64,000 nt of DNA from Actinomycetota bacterium (GCA_040414855.1 JBEDUQ010000038.1:38749-102748), one strand, 5' to 3'. Numbered from the stretch's first letter, positions 44,932-55,296 are shown. Notes: generated from the sequence alone by a model not told the origin. Numbers and translations: made by a program.

Positions 44932-46077
44932 TCAGCCTCGGGTCACCTCCGGCTTGCCGCTGGCGGCGCCGGACGCCTTGTACTCCTCGGCCAGCAACTT
45001 CGCCTCCTGCATCAGCGAGTCGACGATCTCGGACTCTGGAACCGTCCGGATCACCTGGCCGCCGCGGAAGATCTGGCCCTTGCCCTTGCCTGACGCGACC
45101 CCGATGTCGGCCTCGCGGGCCTCGCCCGGGCCGTTGACGATGCAGCCCATGACCGCGACCCGCAGCGGGGCGTCGATCTCGCCCATGCGCTCCTCGACCG
45201 CGTTGGCCAGCGTGAAGACGTCGACCTCGGCGCGGCCGCACGACGGGCACGCGACCAGGTCGAGCTTCTTGGGCCGTAGGCCGAGCGCGCCGAGGATGGC
45301 ATTGCCGACCTTGACCTCCTCGACCGGCGGCGCCGTCAGCGACACGCGGATGGTGTCGCCGATGCCTTCGGCGAGCAGCGTGCCGATGCCCACCGACGAC
45401 TTGATGATCCCGTCCTTGGGCGTGCCCGCCTCAGTGACGCCCAGGTGGAGCGGGTAGTCGCAGCGGGCGGCCAGCAGCCGGTACGACTCGATCATCATCA
45501 CCGGGTTCTGGTGCTTCACCGAGATCTTGATGTCGCCGAAGCCGACCGACTCGAGGATCCCGATCTCGAACAGCGCGGACTCGACCAGCGCCTCGGGCGT
45601 CGGGCCGCCGTGTTTGGCCAGGATCTCCTTCTGGAGCGATCCGGCGTTGACGCCGACCCGGATCGGGATACCCCGCGCCGAGGCCTCCTGGGCGATCAGC
45701 TTGACCTTGTCGTGCTTCTTGATGTTTCCGGGGTTGATGCGGACCCCGGCGCAGCCCGCCTCGATCGCGGCCATCGCGTACTTCCACTGGAAATGGATAT
45801 CCGCGACGACCGGAATCGTCGACTTCGCGGCGATCGCCTTGAGCGCCGCCGCGTCGTCGGTGTCGGGCACGGCGACCCGGACGATGTCGCAGCCGGACGC
45901 GGCCAGCTCAGCGATCTGCTGGAGGGTGGCGTTGATGTCAGCGGTCTTGGTGATGCACATCGACTGCACGCTGATGGGCGCGCCATCCCCCACCGGCACC
46001 TTGCCCACGTTGATGCGACGTGAGTGCCGGCGGCCCTTTCCTGCCGCGATGTCGGTCAACTCGAGGGGGTAGGCCAC
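44932..46077 (-). CDS. ispG: 4-hydroxy-3-methylbut-2-en-1-yl diphosphate synthase
   Basis: 381 aa: ...[20 protein letters not shown]..., RVAVPD, RINPGNI, CPSCGR...GCIVNGPGE (Fe-S cysteines). Confidence 0.95.
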   Translation of the reverse strand: MAYPLELTDIAAGKGRRHSRRINVGKVPVGDGAPISVQSMCITKTADINATLQQIAELAASGCDIVRVAVPDTDDAAALKAIAAKSTIPVVADIHFQWKYAMAAIEAGCAGVRINPGNIKKHDKVKLIAQEASARGIPIRVGVNAGSLQKEILAKHGGPTPEALVESALFEIGILESVGFGDIKISVKHQNPVMMIESYRLLAARCDYPLHLGVTEAGTPKDGIIKSSVGIGTLLAEGIGDTIRVSLTAPPVEEVKVGNAILGALGLRPKKLDLVACPSCGRAEVDVFTLANAVEERMGEIDAPLRVAVMGCIVNGPGEAREADIGVASGKGKGQIFRGGQVIRTVPESEIVDSLMQEAKLLAEEYKASGAASGKPEVTRG

Positions 46078-46156
46078 GGTCCTTAGCTCCTTTTCGAGAG
46101 GTCTCGCTTGGAGGGGGAATTCGGCGGAGACCGTCGAGCCGGGTTTCTCTCAAGCG

Positions 46157-47344
46157 TCATCTGAACGGGTTTGCGATCGGGTTGGTGATATCGAGCCACA
46201 CCACCACCAGCACGAACACGAACAGCAGGCTGACCGCCACCGCGGCGATCGGTGCCAGCTTGCGCAGGTCGACCTCCCGCCTGGTGATGGCCTGCCAGCC
46301 GATCAGCGCGAGGTAGCCGCCGTCCAGGATCGGTATCGGCAGCAGGTTGAAGATTCCAACGAACACGTTGAACTCGATCAGCAGGATGAGGAACCCCACC
46401 CACTGCCCAGCCGAGACCGCCTCGCCGGCGAGCCGCCCGATGCCGATCAGGCCGACCGGGCCGGATTCTCCTCCTCCGCCACCTCCGCCGCCACCACCGT
46501 TACCGCCGCCGGCGGGCGAGCTGTGCAGGCGGTCGGCGAGGCCCGGGACCAGCCCGCCGATGCCCTTGAACGAGCCGACCACCAGGTCGCCGAACATCTT
46601 CCCGCTGGAGGCGACGCCCTCGACCGGGCCCTTGCGCTCCACGGTGCCGGCCGGGCTGATGCCCAGGAAGCCGTGCGGCTGGCCGTTGGCGTCCCGCTCG
46701 ACCGCCGGCACCAGCTGAGTGGTGAACGACTTGCCGTCACGCTGGTAGCCGATCGTGACCTGCTTGCCGGCCTTGTCGGACAGGACGGCGCGGAGCTGGT
46801 CGAAGGTGCTGATCGGCTGGCCGTCGATCGAGACGATCTTGTCGCCGACCTTGAGCCCGGCGGCCGCTGCCGGCGCTGGCCGGCCGTCGGTGGTGGTGGC
46901 GACGGTGTTCTGGATGGTGGTCGTCGGCGGCCCGACCTGGAGCCCGATGACGACGATCAGCCCGTAGATGAGCACCAGCGCGACCAGGAAGTGCGTGACC
47001 GAGCCGGCCGCCAGCACGATCGCGCGCTGCCAAGCCGGCTTGTTGCGGAATTGCCGCTCCGGCTCGACCGGCTCAGGCCTCTGGCCGCGCTCCTGCTCGA
47101 GGAAATTGCCGTCGAACTCGTGTGGGCTCATCCCGGCGATCTTGCAGAAGCCACCGAGCGGCAACAGCTTGATGCCGTATTCGGTCTCACCGCGGCGGAA
47201 CGACCAGAGGGTCTTGCCAAATCCCAGGAAGAAGCGCTCGACCTTCATACCGAACAGCTTCGCCGTCAGGAAGTGACCGCCTTCGTGAAGGAAGATCGCC
47301 AGCATGAGGGCGAAGAGGAACAGCAGGATGCCGATCAGACTCAT
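46157..47344 (-). CDS. rseP: M50 site-2 protease (RseP/Rip1 family) with PDZ domain
   Basis: ORF trimmed to ATG 47344, which overlaps the dxr TGA: MSLIGILLFLFALMLAIFLHEGGHFLTAKLFG (HExxH). PDZ segment (GLKVGDKIVSIDGQPI). C-terminal NLLPIPILDGG motif. Contains an unusual GGGNGGGGGGGGGESGP run. Confidence 0.9.
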   Translation of the reverse strand: MSLIGILLFLFALMLAIFLHEGGHFLTAKLFGMKVERFFLGFGKTLWSFRRGETEYGIKLLPLGGFCKIAGMSPHEFDGNFLEQERGQRPEPVEPERQFRNKPAWQRAIVLAAGSVTHFLVALVLIYGLIVVIGLQVGPPTTTIQNTVATTTDGRPAPAAAAGLKVGDKIVSIDGQPISTFDQLRAVLSDKAGKQVTIGYQRDGKSFTTQLVPAVERDANGQPHGFLGISPAGTVERKGPVEGVASSGKMFGDLVVGSFKGIGGLVPGLADRLHSSPAGGGNGGGGGGGGGGESGPVGLIGIGRLAGEAVSAGQWVGFLILLIEFNVFVGIFNLLPIPILDGGYLALIGWQAITRREVDLRKLAPIAAVAVSLLFVFVLVVVWLDITNPIANPFR

Positions 47345-48513
47345 GCGGTCTCCCCGGTGGGGGTCAGGTCTTGAACCAGTGTACGAGCGCGCTCCCGGGA
47401 CCACTGTTCGGCCGCGAGCACGGAGTCGAGGTCGACCACGTCGGGTGGCCGGTGGTCGCCGAGCACCTGGCCGACGACCTCGGCGATCTCGGGGAATCGG
47501 AGCCGCCCGGCGAGGAAGGCCGCGACCGCCTCCTCGTTGGCGGCGTTGAGCACGGCGGGCGCCGTCCCGCCGCACCGTCCGGCCGTGATCGCCATGTCGA
47601 GCAGCGGGAAGACCTCCCGCTGCACGGGCTGGAACTCCAGGGTCGACGCCCTGGTCCAGTCCATCCGGCCGATCGGCCTCGAGGAGCGCTCGGGCCAGCC
47701 GAGCGCAAGGCCGATCGGCAGCCGCATGTCGGGCATGGACAGCTGGGCGATGGTGGCGCCGTCGCGGAACTCGACCATCGCGTGGACGATGCTCTGCGGG
47801 TGCACCACCACCTCGATCCGCTCGTACGGCAGCTCGAACAGCAGATGGGCCTCGATCACCTCGAGGCCCTTGTTCATGAGCGTCGCGGAGTTGATGGTGA
47901 TCACCGGGCCCATCCGCCAGGTCGGGTGCGCGAGGGCCTGCTCGGGCGTCACCTCGGCCAGCTCCGCGGCCGAACGGCCCCGGAACGGGCCGCCCGAGGC
48001 GGTGATGACCAGCCTGGCGACCTCGCTGGGGGCGCCGGCGCGCAGGCACTGGGCGAGGGCGGAGTGCTCGGAGTCGACCGGGACGATCTGCCCCGGGCGG
48101 GCTCGGGAGGCGACCAGCGGGCCGCCGACGATCAGGCTCTCCTTGTTCGCCAGCGCGAGCCGCCGGTCGGTCTCCAGGGCCCGCAGGGTCGGCAGCAGGC
48201 CGACCGAGCCGGTCACGCCGTTGAGCACCACGTCGGCGTCGTCCAGCGCCGCCAGCTCCCCCATCGCCTCCTGGCCGACCTCGAGCCGGCAGCCGGGCGG
48301 CAGGTCGCGGGCGAGCTGGGCGGCCTCGGCCTCGTCCACCAGCGCGACCACCTCCGGCCGCAGCTCGCGCGCCTGGGCGGCCAGCCGCGCGGCCGAGCGC
48401 CTGGCGGCCAGGGCGACCACCTTGAAGCGGCCGTCGGCCTCCCGGATGACCTCCACGGCCTGCTCGCCGATCGAGCCGGTCGACCCGAGGAGGGCGACCC
48501 CGGTAGCACTCAT
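47341..48513 (-). CDS. dxr: 1-deoxy-D-xylulose 5-phosphate reductoisomerase
   Basis: 390 aa: VALLGSTGSIGEQA, LANKESL, PVDSEHSA, NKGLEVIEAH. Confidence 0.95.
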   Translation of the reverse strand: MSATGVALLGSTGSIGEQAVEVIREADGRFKVVALAARRSAARLAAQARELRPEVVALVDEAEAAQLARDLPPGCRLEVGQEAMGELAALDDADVVLNGVTGSVGLLPTLRALETDRRLALANKESLIVGGPLVASRARPGQIVPVDSEHSALAQCLRAGAPSEVARLVITASGGPFRGRSAAELAEVTPEQALAHPTWRMGPVITINSATLMNKGLEVIEAHLLFELPYERIEVVVHPQSIVHAMVEFRDGATIAQLSMPDMRLPIGLALGWPERSSRPIGRMDWTRASTLEFQPVQREVFPLLDMAITAGRCGGTAPAVLNAANEEAVAAFLAGRLRFPEIAEVVGQVLGDHRPPDVVDLDSVLAAEQWSRERARTLVQDLTPTGETA

Positions 48514-49775
48514 CGAACCGCCTCCTCGCCGGTCGGGCGCGCGGCCCCCGCTGGCACACGGGCCGGCCGGGACGCCGGGGCAGCCACCTCGACCGTCCGT
48601 CCTGGCCGTCCGACCGAGGTGCGGAGCTGGCCGCAGGCCGCGGCGATGCCGACGCCGCGGTTGGCGCGGACGCTCACCGCGAGGCCGTGCGCGGCGACCA
48701 CCTCGCGGAAGCGCTCCACGGCGGCGCGTGACGGGGTCTCCAGACCGAGCCCGGGGGTCGGGTTGTAGGGGATCAGGTTGACGTGCGCCGCGTGCCCGCC
48801 GGAGCCGGGCATACGCAGCGGCGACAGCAGCCGCCCCAGCGCCTCCGCCTGGTCGGCGCCGTCGTTGAGGTCGCGGATGAGGGCGTACTCGAACGAGACC
48901 CTGCGCCGGGTCGCGGCCACGTAGGCGCGCACCGCCTCGATCAGATCGGCGATCGGCCAGCTGTGGTTGAGCGGGACCAGCCGCGAGCGCAACTCGTCGG
49001 TGCCGGCGTGGATCGAGATCGCCAGGTTGACCGGCAGCCGCTCGCGGGCGGCGCGGTGGATGCCCGGCACCAGCCCGACCGTCGAGATGGTGATCCCCCT
49101 CGCGGACAGGCCGAAGCCCTCGTGGATGCGCCAGGCGGCCCGCCAGGTGGCCGCGGGGTTGGCGAACGGCTCGCCCATGCCCATGAACACCACGTTGGTC
49201 AGGTGGTCGGGCGCCGACGGGTCAGGGCGCAGCTGGTCCAGGGCGCCCCAGACGCGGGCGACCTGCTCGACCACCTCGCCGGCGGACAGGTTGCGGGTGA
49301 AGCCGAACTGGCCGGTGGCGCAGAAGGTGCAGCCCATCGCGCAGCCCGCCTGGGTTGAGATGCACAGGGTCGCGCGGCCCTGGCGGCCACGCTCCTCCTC
49401 GGGCTCGGCGCCGTCCGCGTCCGGCGCGGGCGGGTAGGCGGGCGGGTAGAACATCAGCACCGACTCGACGCTGTCGCCGCCCTGGAGGCCGAACAGGAAC
49501 TTGTGGGTCCAGCCGTCGTCGCCGACCTGGTGGCGCTCCAGGACCAGCCCGGCCTCGGGCAGCCGCTCCCTGAGGTACTCGCGGAAGCCGGCCGGCAGGT
49601 CGGTCATGGCCTCGGGGTCGGCGACCTTGCGCCGGTCGAGCTGCTGGGCGAGCTGGCGCGACCGGTAGGCGGGCTGGCCGGCGTCGCTGGCCAGGCGCGC
49701 GAGGTCGGCCGGCTCGAGGTCGTACCACGACCGCGGTTCGCCGGCGCTCGGAACGGCCACGCGACCGTCCGTCAT
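48510..49775 (-). CDS. rlmN: 23S rRNA/tRNA (adenine-C2)-methyltransferase, radical SAM
   Basis: ORF 48510-49799. I prefer ATG 49775 because it forms an ATGA overlap with the cdsA stop. Radical-SAM cluster CISTQAGCAMGCTFCATG; ...GMGEPFAN... Confidence 0.9.
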   Translation of the reverse strand: MTDGRVAVPSAGEPRSWYDLEPADLARLASDAGQPAYRSRQLAQQLDRRKVADPEAMTDLPAGFREYLRERLPEAGLVLERHQVGDDGWTHKFLFGLQGGDSVESVLMFYPPAYPPAPDADGAEPEEERGRQGRATLCISTQAGCAMGCTFCATGQFGFTRNLSAGEVVEQVARVWGALDQLRPDPSAPDHLTNVVFMGMGEPFANPAATWRAAWRIHEGFGLSARGITISTVGLVPGIHRAARERLPVNLAISIHAGTDELRSRLVPLNHSWPIADLIEAVRAYVAATRRRVSFEYALIRDLNDGADQAEALGRLLSPLRMPGSGGHAAHVNLIPYNPTPGLGLETPSRAAVERFREVVAAHGLAVSVRANRGVGIAAACGQLRTSVGRPGRTVEVAAPASRPARVPAGAARPTGEEAVR

Positions 49776-50653
49776 GGGGTGCGAAGCAGGTTGAACCATG
49801 CCATCACGTAGTAGAGCACTGGAGCCATGAACAAAAGCGCGTCGATCCGGTCGAGCATGCCACCATGCCCAGGCAGGATCGAGCCCATGTCCTTCACCGC
49901 CAGGTCACGCTTGAGCATCGACTCGGACAGGTCGCCGAGCGGGGCCACCACGCAGGTGAACGCCGCCAGCACCAAGCCCGACGCGAAGCTCCAAGGTTGC
50001 CACAACGGGATCAGGAACGCTCCGGCCGCCAACGTGGCCACGGTCGCGCCCGCCGCGCCCTCCCAGGACTTGTTCGGCGATACCGCCGGCGCCATCGGAT
50101 GCCGGCCGACCAGCACCCCGGTCGCGTAGGCGAAGGTGTCGTACACGACGGTGAGGATCGCGTAGGCGAGGATCGCGCCGACGTAGTGGGGAGCCTGCCG
50201 AACCACCAGCGACAGGTGCGCCGCCATGAAGGGCACGTAGACGGCGGCCAGCACGGTGGCGGCGACGTTCCTGGTGACCTCGGTGCGCTGGCGGTCCACC
50301 AGGTACCACGCGAAGGCCGCCAGGATCGTCAGCAGCAGGCCGAGCGAGAGGGCCGACGGGCCCTCGAAATAGGCGCCGAGCACCAGCACCGCCGCGGTGG
50401 CCAGCACCACCGGCTCCGCGGGCCGGGTGGCGCGCGCCCGCAGTACCGCGAGCAGCTCGAGCAGCGCGAGGATGACGATGACCAGCAGGAACGCGACGAA
50501 CGCCGGGCGCGAGAAGATCAGCGTGCCGATCAGCGCGCCGCCGAGCAGCACGCCGGTGCCGATCGCAAGGGGCAGGTTGCGGCCGGCCTTGCGCGGTCGC
50601 CGTGGTTCCTCCGGCTGGGGCGCAGGCTCCTCGACCGGTGCCGGGTCAGCCAT
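49772..50653 (-). CDS. cdsA: Phosphatidate cytidylyltransferase
   Basis: 293 aa polytopic membrane protein with the CDS signature SMLKRDLAVKDMGSILPGHGGMLDRIDALLF. Confidence 0.9.
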   Translation of the reverse strand: MADPAPVEEPAPQPEEPRRPRKAGRNLPLAIGTGVLLGGALIGTLIFSRPAFVAFLLVIVILALLELLAVLRARATRPAEPVVLATAAVLVLGAYFEGPSALSLGLLLTILAAFAWYLVDRQRTEVTRNVAATVLAAVYVPFMAAHLSLVVRQAPHYVGAILAYAILTVVYDTFAYATGVLVGRHPMAPAVSPNKSWEGAAGATVATLAAGAFLIPLWQPWSFASGLVLAAFTCVVAPLGDLSESMLKRDLAVKDMGSILPGHGGMLDRIDALLFMAPVLYYVMAWFNLLRTP

Positions 50654-50683
50654 GGCGTCCCCGGGGCCTGCCCTCCATGCCGC

Positions 50684-51241
50684 CTACACCTCGAGCAGCT
50701 CCCGCTCCTTGTGCTGGAGCAGGGAGTCCACTTCGCCGACGAACTTGTCCGTCAACTGCTGGACTCGCTGCTCAGCACGGCGCAGCTCGTCCTGGGAGAT
50801 CTCTCCGTCCTTCTCCAGCCGCTCCAGCTGCTCCTTGGCGTGCCGGCGGACGTTGCGGATGCTGGTCCGGGACTCCTCGGCCCGCGTCTTCGCCAGCTTC
50901 ACGTACTCCTTGCGGCGCTCCTCGGTCAGGGGCGGGAAGGCGAGCCGGATCACCTGGCCGTCGTTCGCGGGGTTGATGCCGAGGTCGGAATTGCGGATGG
51001 CCTTCTCGATGCCGGCGGTCGCATTGCGGTCGTACGGCGACACGACCAGGAGCCGTGCCTCGGGGGCGGCGATCGACGCGAGCTGCTGGAGTGGGGTCGG
51101 GGTGCCGTAATAGTCGACGTTGAGGCGGCCGATGAGGGCCGGGTTCGCGCGACCGGTGCGGATCCCGCTGAAGTCCTCCTTGGCGACGTCGATGGCGCGG
51201 CTCATCCTGGACTCGGCGTCTCGCAGGGTGTCCTCGATCAT
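50684..51241 (-). CDS. frr: Ribosome recycling factor
   Basis: ORF trimmed to ATG 51241: MIEDTLRDAESRMSRAIDVAKEDFSGIRTGRANPALIGRLNVDYYGTPTPLQQLA... Confidence 0.95.
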   Translation of the reverse strand: MIEDTLRDAESRMSRAIDVAKEDFSGIRTGRANPALIGRLNVDYYGTPTPLQQLASIAAPEARLLVVSPYDRNATAGIEKAIRNSDLGINPANDGQVIRLAFPPLTEERRKEYVKLAKTRAEESRTSIRNVRRHAKEQLERLEKDGEISQDELRRAEQRVQQLTDKFVGEVDSLLQHKERELLEV

Positions 51242-51255
51242 GTGCGCTCCCCTCG

Positions 51256-52074
51256 TCACTGGGTTTGGCCGGTGCGGCCGTCCTCGAGCTCGTCCGGGAA
51301 GTCCGCACTTGCGCCCACGATCGTCCCGATCGGCTCGCCGCACACCGCACGCCGGATGTTTCCTTCGGTGAGCAGGTCGAACACGATGATGGGGAGATCG
51401 TTGTCTTTGCACAAGGACAGCGCGGTCGTGTCCATCACCTTGAGCTCGCGGCGGATCGCCTCGAGGTAGTCGAGATGCGCGAACTTGCGGGCACCCGGAT
51501 GCTTCTTGGGGTCCGCCTCGTAGACCCCGTCGACGCCGTTCTTCGCCATCAGGATCGCCTCGGCGCTGATCTCCAGCGCCCGCTGCGCCGCGGTGGTGTC
51601 GGTCGAGAAGTACGGCACACCCAGGCCGGCGGCGAAGATCACGATCCTGCCCTTCTCGAGGTGCCGAATCGCCCGCCGGGGGATGTAGGGCTCCCCGATC
51701 TGGGTCATCTGGATCGCCGTCTGGAGGCGGGTCTCGATGCCGCGCCGCTCCAGGGTGTCCTGGAGCGCGAGCGAGTTGATCACTGTGCCTAGGATGCCCA
51801 TGTAGTCGGCCCGGTTCCGGTCCATGCCGACCTTGGCCGCCGCCTCGCCGCGGACGATGTTGCCGCCACCGACCACGACCGTGACCTGCACGCCCAGGTC
51901 GTTGACCTCGGCGAGCTGGGCGGCGATGCCCGAGATCTTGTCGAAGTCGAGCCCGAAGCCGCCGTCGTCGCCGGCGAACGCCTCGCCGGAGAGCTTGACC
52001 AGCACCCGGTCGTACCGGGGTTTGCCGGTGCATGGCCTCACCACAGGCTGATCACCCGCGATCACGAAGGCCAC
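51256..52074 (-). CDS. pyrH: UMP kinase
   Basis: ORF 51256-52158 trimmed to GTG 52074, which follows AGGAGGAAGCGCAG. ...[13 protein letters not shown]..., [10 protein letters not shown], ...[10 protein letters not shown]... Confidence 0.92.
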   Translation of the reverse strand: MAFVIAGDQPVVRPCTGKPRYDRVLVKLSGEAFAGDDGGFGLDFDKISGIAAQLAEVNDLGVQVTVVVGGGNIVRGEAAAKVGMDRNRADYMGILGTVINSLALQDTLERRGIETRLQTAIQMTQIGEPYIPRRAIRHLEKGRIVIFAAGLGVPYFSTDTTAAQRALEISAEAILMAKNGVDGVYEADPKKHPGARKFAHLDYLEAIRRELKVMDTTALSLCKDNDLPIIVFDLLTEGNIRRAVCGEPIGTIVGASADFPDELEDGRTGQTQ

Positions 52075-52188
52075 CTGCGCTTCCTCCTGGAGGTCGACCC
52101 CATGCGCCCGATATGTCCCTCCATCCTGCGCCAGCCCTTCAGGCCCAGCTCTTCCCACACGTTCCCGACTTCCCGCTTCGCGGCCCTC

Positions 52189-52260
52189 TCAGCCATTCCG
52201 TCTTCGCCAGGGTCCTGTCATCCATTCCGTCCGGGGCAGCGTTCCATCAGCCGTTCCGTC
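52189..52260. repeat. Three copies of a 14-nt box TCA(G/T)CC(A/G)TTCCGTC at an exact 29-bp period, between tsf and pyrH
   Basis: Boxes at 52189-52202, 52218-52231 and 52247-52260, with unrelated 15-nt spacers. Minus strand (gene sense): GACGGAAYGGMTGA, located 115-186 nt upstream of the pyrH GTG. Confidence 0.9.
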
Positions 52261-52318
52261 CCTGACAGCCTACGGTGACAGGTCGGGCCGCGCGGCGACC
52301 CGACCGCGATCACCCAGG

Positions 52319-52936
52319 TTAGGCGTCGTCGCCCACCTTGAACCGCGTGAACCGGCGCAGCACGATCCGCTCGCGCACCCGGTTGGAAGTCTCGTCGATC
52401 AGCTCCTGGAGGGTCCTGCCCTGGTCGCGGACGAACCCCTGCTCCAGCAGCACGACCTGCTTGTAGAAGTCGTTCAGCTTGCCATCGACGATCCGCTCGA
52501 CGATGTGGTCAGGCTTGCCCTCGGCCTGCGACGCGTAGATCTTCCGCTCCTGCTGCACCAGCTCGTCGGGAACCTCGTCTCGGGTGATGTAGGACGGGTC
52601 GGACCAGGCGATGTGCAGCGCGATGTCGCGGGCGAGGTTCCGGAACTCGTCGGTGTTGGCGACGAAGTCGGTCTCGCAGTCCAACTCGACCAGCACGCCC
52701 AGCTTCGGCGGCAGGTTCGGGTCCGGCGTGTGCAGGTAGGACTCAATGACGCCCTCGCTGGCAGCGCGGCCCGCGCGCTTCGAGATGCCGGCCTTGCCGG
52801 CCTCGCGCAGGATCTGCCTTGCCCTCTCGAAGTCGCCATCCGCCTCTTGCAATGCCCGCTTGCAGTCCATCATGCCCGCGCCAGTGGCGTCGCGCAGGGC
52901 CTTGACCTGGGCGGAGGTGATCTCCATCTCGAACAA
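52319..52936 (-). CDS. tsf: Elongation factor Ts (short ~200-aa form)
   Basis: 205 aa: ITSAQVKALRDATGAGMMDCKRALQEADGDFERA (UBA-like N-domain), ...LVELDCETDFVANTDEF. The start may be the second ATG (MEITSAQ). Confidence 0.9.
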   Translation of the reverse strand: MFEMEITSAQVKALRDATGAGMMDCKRALQEADGDFERARQILREAGKAGISKRAGRAASEGVIESYLHTPDPNLPPKLGVLVELDCETDFVANTDEFRNLARDIALHIAWSDPSYITRDEVPDELVQQERKIYASQAEGKPDHIVERIVDGKLNDFYKQVVLLEQGFVRDQGRTLQELIDETSNRVRERIVLRRFTRFKVGDDA

Positions 52937-53055
52937 TGCTCCTTCTTCTTGATCTTCCGCCGTCCCGCCGGCGCGCCGGGGGCGGCGCGCTCGGCGGACG
53001 GCTTCGTCTTCTGCCCGCTCTGCCCTCTTCGCGCGTGCGCGGAGGGCAAGCGACC

Positions 53056-54237
53056 TCAGGACTTGTCTTCGCCCTCGCCGGTCCCGGAGCCCGAGCCCTC
53101 GGGGGTGGCCTCGGCGTTCGCCTCGGCCGTCGAGCCCTCGGCGGCGGTCTCCGCGTTTGCCTCGGCCGTCGAGCCCTCGGCGGCGTCGGTGGACTCGCTG
53201 GTCTCGGTGGTCTCAGTGGCGGCCGGCGTGGTCGAGGCCTCGTCGCCGGTGGCGGTTGCGGTGGGCTCGCCCGTCGAAGGAGCCGCGCCGTTGGCGGCCG
53301 GCGTCGCCCCGCCCTCGGCCGGAGCCTCGGCCCGCCCGGCGGAGCGTGTCGAGCGACGAGCGGTGCTCGGGGCGGCGGTCGCCGTCGAGGCCGCCGACGT
53401 CTGGGCGGGGCCGCTGGCGGTCGCGCCGGCGCCCTGTGCCTCGCCCGACTCCAGCAGCTCGCGCTCCCACTCGGCGAGCGGCTCCTCGTCGGCAGGGCTG
53501 GCCGCAACCGGGGCGGTGCCCTCCTTGGCGGCGCTCTCCGCGCCGTAGACCGCGCGCAGCCGCAGGCCCTCGGCGACCGCGTCGGCCACGATGCGGGTCA
53601 GCAGGCTGCCCGCCCGGATGGCGTCGTCGTTGCCGGGGATCGGGTAGTCGACCTCGTCGGGATCGCAGTTGGTGTCGAGGATCGCGACCACGGGGATGCC
53701 GAGCTTGCGAGCCTCGGTGACGGCGATGTGCTCCTTGCGCGTGTCCACCACCCAGACAGCGGCCGGCGGGCGGGTCATGTCCCTGATGCCGCCCAGGTTC
53801 CGCTCGAGCTTCTCGCGCTCGTGCCGCAGCCGCAGGACCTCCTTCTTGGGGAGGACATCCATGCCGCCGGTGGTCTCCATCGCCTCGAGCTCCTTCAGGC
53901 GCTGGAGCCGCCGGTAGATGGTGGTGAAGTTGGTGAGCATGCCGCCGAGCCAACGGTAGTTGACGAACGGCATCGCGACCCGCTCGGCCTGGCCCTTGAT
54001 CGCCTCCTGCGCCTGCTTCTTGGTGCCGACGAACAGGACCGTGCCGCCCTTGGCCACCGTGTCGCGCAGGAACGCGAAGGTGGTCTCGATCGACATCATG
54101 GTCTTTTGGAGGTCGATGATGTAGATGCCGTTGCGCTCACCGTAGATGAAGCGCTTCATCTTGGGGTTCCAGCGGCGCGTCTGGTGACCGAAGTGGACGC
54201 CAGCTTCCAAGAGCTGCCGCATGGTGACGACTGCCAA
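53056..54237 (-). CDS. rpsB: 30S ribosomal protein S2 with a long low-complexity C-terminal extension
   Basis: ORF 53056-54453 trimmed to TTG 54237, which follows GGGAGGATTACC: (M)[42 protein letters not shown]. The conserved S2 core ends near ...RLRAVYG. About 150 further residues are Ala/Thr/Glu/Gly-rich. Confidence 0.93.
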   Translation of the reverse strand: MAVVTMRQLLEAGVHFGHQTRRWNPKMKRFIYGERNGIYIIDLQKTMMSIETTFAFLRDTVAKGGTVLFVGTKKQAQEAIKGQAERVAMPFVNYRWLGGMLTNFTTIYRRLQRLKELEAMETTGGMDVLPKKEVLRLRHEREKLERNLGGIRDMTRPPAAVWVVDTRKEHIAVTEARKLGIPVVAILDTNCDPDEVDYPIPGNDDAIRAGSLLTRIVADAVAEGLRLRAVYGAESAAKEGTAPVAASPADEEPLAEWERELLESGEAQGAGATASGPAQTSAASTATAAPSTARRSTRSAGRAEAPAEGGATPAANGAAPSTGEPTATATGDEASTTPAATETTETSESTDAAEGSTAEANAETAAEGSTAEANAEATPEGSGSGTGEGEDKS

Positions 54238-54512
54238 GGTAATCCTCCCTGGTTGATACCGGTTTGGCCTCTGCCTGCCCTGCGTCCCACGGTCGTCGAG
54301 TCGTAGGGGTTGCCGGGAATCCCGACCCGCTCCACGTGGGAAGCGGGCACCGATCGAGTTCCCGTAGACAGGCGTGCGTTGTAGCCCGGGAGAGCCCAGG
54401 CCCGGGCGGACGATAGCACAGCACGCCACTCCACCGCCTCGACCGAGATGCACGAATCTCCCGCACCCGCATGCTCACCCGCGCCAGGCTGGTCGGCGGG
54501 GTCAGCGGAGGA

Positions 54513-55205
54513 TCAGTGCGGTCCTCCCGGCTCGGCGAGCGGGACCAGGCGGGGTGCCGCAAGGCCCACGAGCCATGGCAACGGGTCGACGTACACGCCG
54601 TCGACGCGGAGGCTGAGGTGCACAGCGGAGGTCGCGGCGCCGGTGGTGGGATCGGTGGCTTCGTGACCGTTCGCCAACGGACCCACATCGCCGCCAATGG
54701 CGACCTTCGCGCCCACGGAGAGGGCCGTGGTCCGCAGCGGCCCGACGCTCGCCAGCACGCCCGGTGTGGCCTCGACGGTCACCCAGTTCGTTCCGGCGAC
54801 CGGGCCCGCGAAGGTCACGCGCCCACGGACCGGCGACCGCACCGGTGTCCCCGGACCCGCGGCGAAGTCCACACCTCGGTGGCCCGGTCCGAACGGTCCC
54901 GCCGGCTGCTCGAAGCCGCGGACGAGCGGCCCGGCGACGGGCGCACGCAAACGCGGGACTCGACCGGTCAACGCTCTGGCGGCCGGGGCGGAGCCGGGAC
55001 CTGCCGCCGGCCGCAGCGCGCCGAGCCGCGTGATCGGAGAGTCGAGCGGGGCGACCGGAGTGGGCCGAACGACACGGGCGAGCGACGTGCCGACGAGGCC
55101 ATGAACGGCCAGGATCAGGCTGAATGAGACCAGCATCGCCGCCGCGGTGTGGATACGGCGTGCCCCCGCGCTGAAGGGGGTCGGGCGGAGCGGCGGGGCT
55201 GGCAC
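54513..55205 (-). CDS. M23-family (LytM-type) peptidase, membrane anchored
   Basis: 230 aa; GTG start after GGAGGA. N-terminal hydrophobic span (MLVSFSLILAVHGLV). M23 motifs GHRGVDFAAGPGTPVRSPVRGRVTFAG and HLSLRVDGVYVDP. Confidence 0.85.
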   Translation of the reverse strand: MPAPPLRPTPFSAGARRIHTAAAMLVSFSLILAVHGLVGTSLARVVRPTPVAPLDSPITRLGALRPAAGPGSAPAARALTGRVPRLRAPVAGPLVRGFEQPAGPFGPGHRGVDFAAGPGTPVRSPVRGRVTFAGPVAGTNWVTVEATPGVLASVGPLRTTALSVGAKVAIGGDVGPLANGHEATDPTTGAATSAVHLSLRVDGVYVDPLPWLVGLAAPRLVPLAEPGGPH

Positions 55206-55278
55206 GGGAGGTCCTCCGGAGGCGGCGGTGTGTCTCCCGAAACGGTAGGCGGTGGCCGACCGGCCGTGGGGCGGCGAG

Positions 55279-55296
55279 CGAAAATTGTGGATAACC
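55279..55296 (-). promoter_or_regulatory. 18-nt motif GGTTATCCACAATTTTCG (read on the minus strand), 74 nt upstream of the M23 peptidase start
   Basis: Plus strand reads cgaaaattgtggataacc. Sense orientation relative to the downstream minus-strand gene. Confidence 0.5.

Noticed and set aside
46440-46500. Gly-run (GGGNGGGGGGGGGESGP) in RseP as a frameshift or assembly problem
   Set aside because: The reading frame stays open and conserved M50 motifs are present on both sides. It is treated as another in-frame low-complexity expansion, not a pseudogene.
52189-52260. Possible mini-CRISPR array (regularly spaced repeats)
   Set aside because: The repeat is only 14 nt with 15-nt spacers and three copies, there are no cas genes, and it lies inside a housekeeping operon spacer. 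This is far below CRISPR repeat and spacer sizes.
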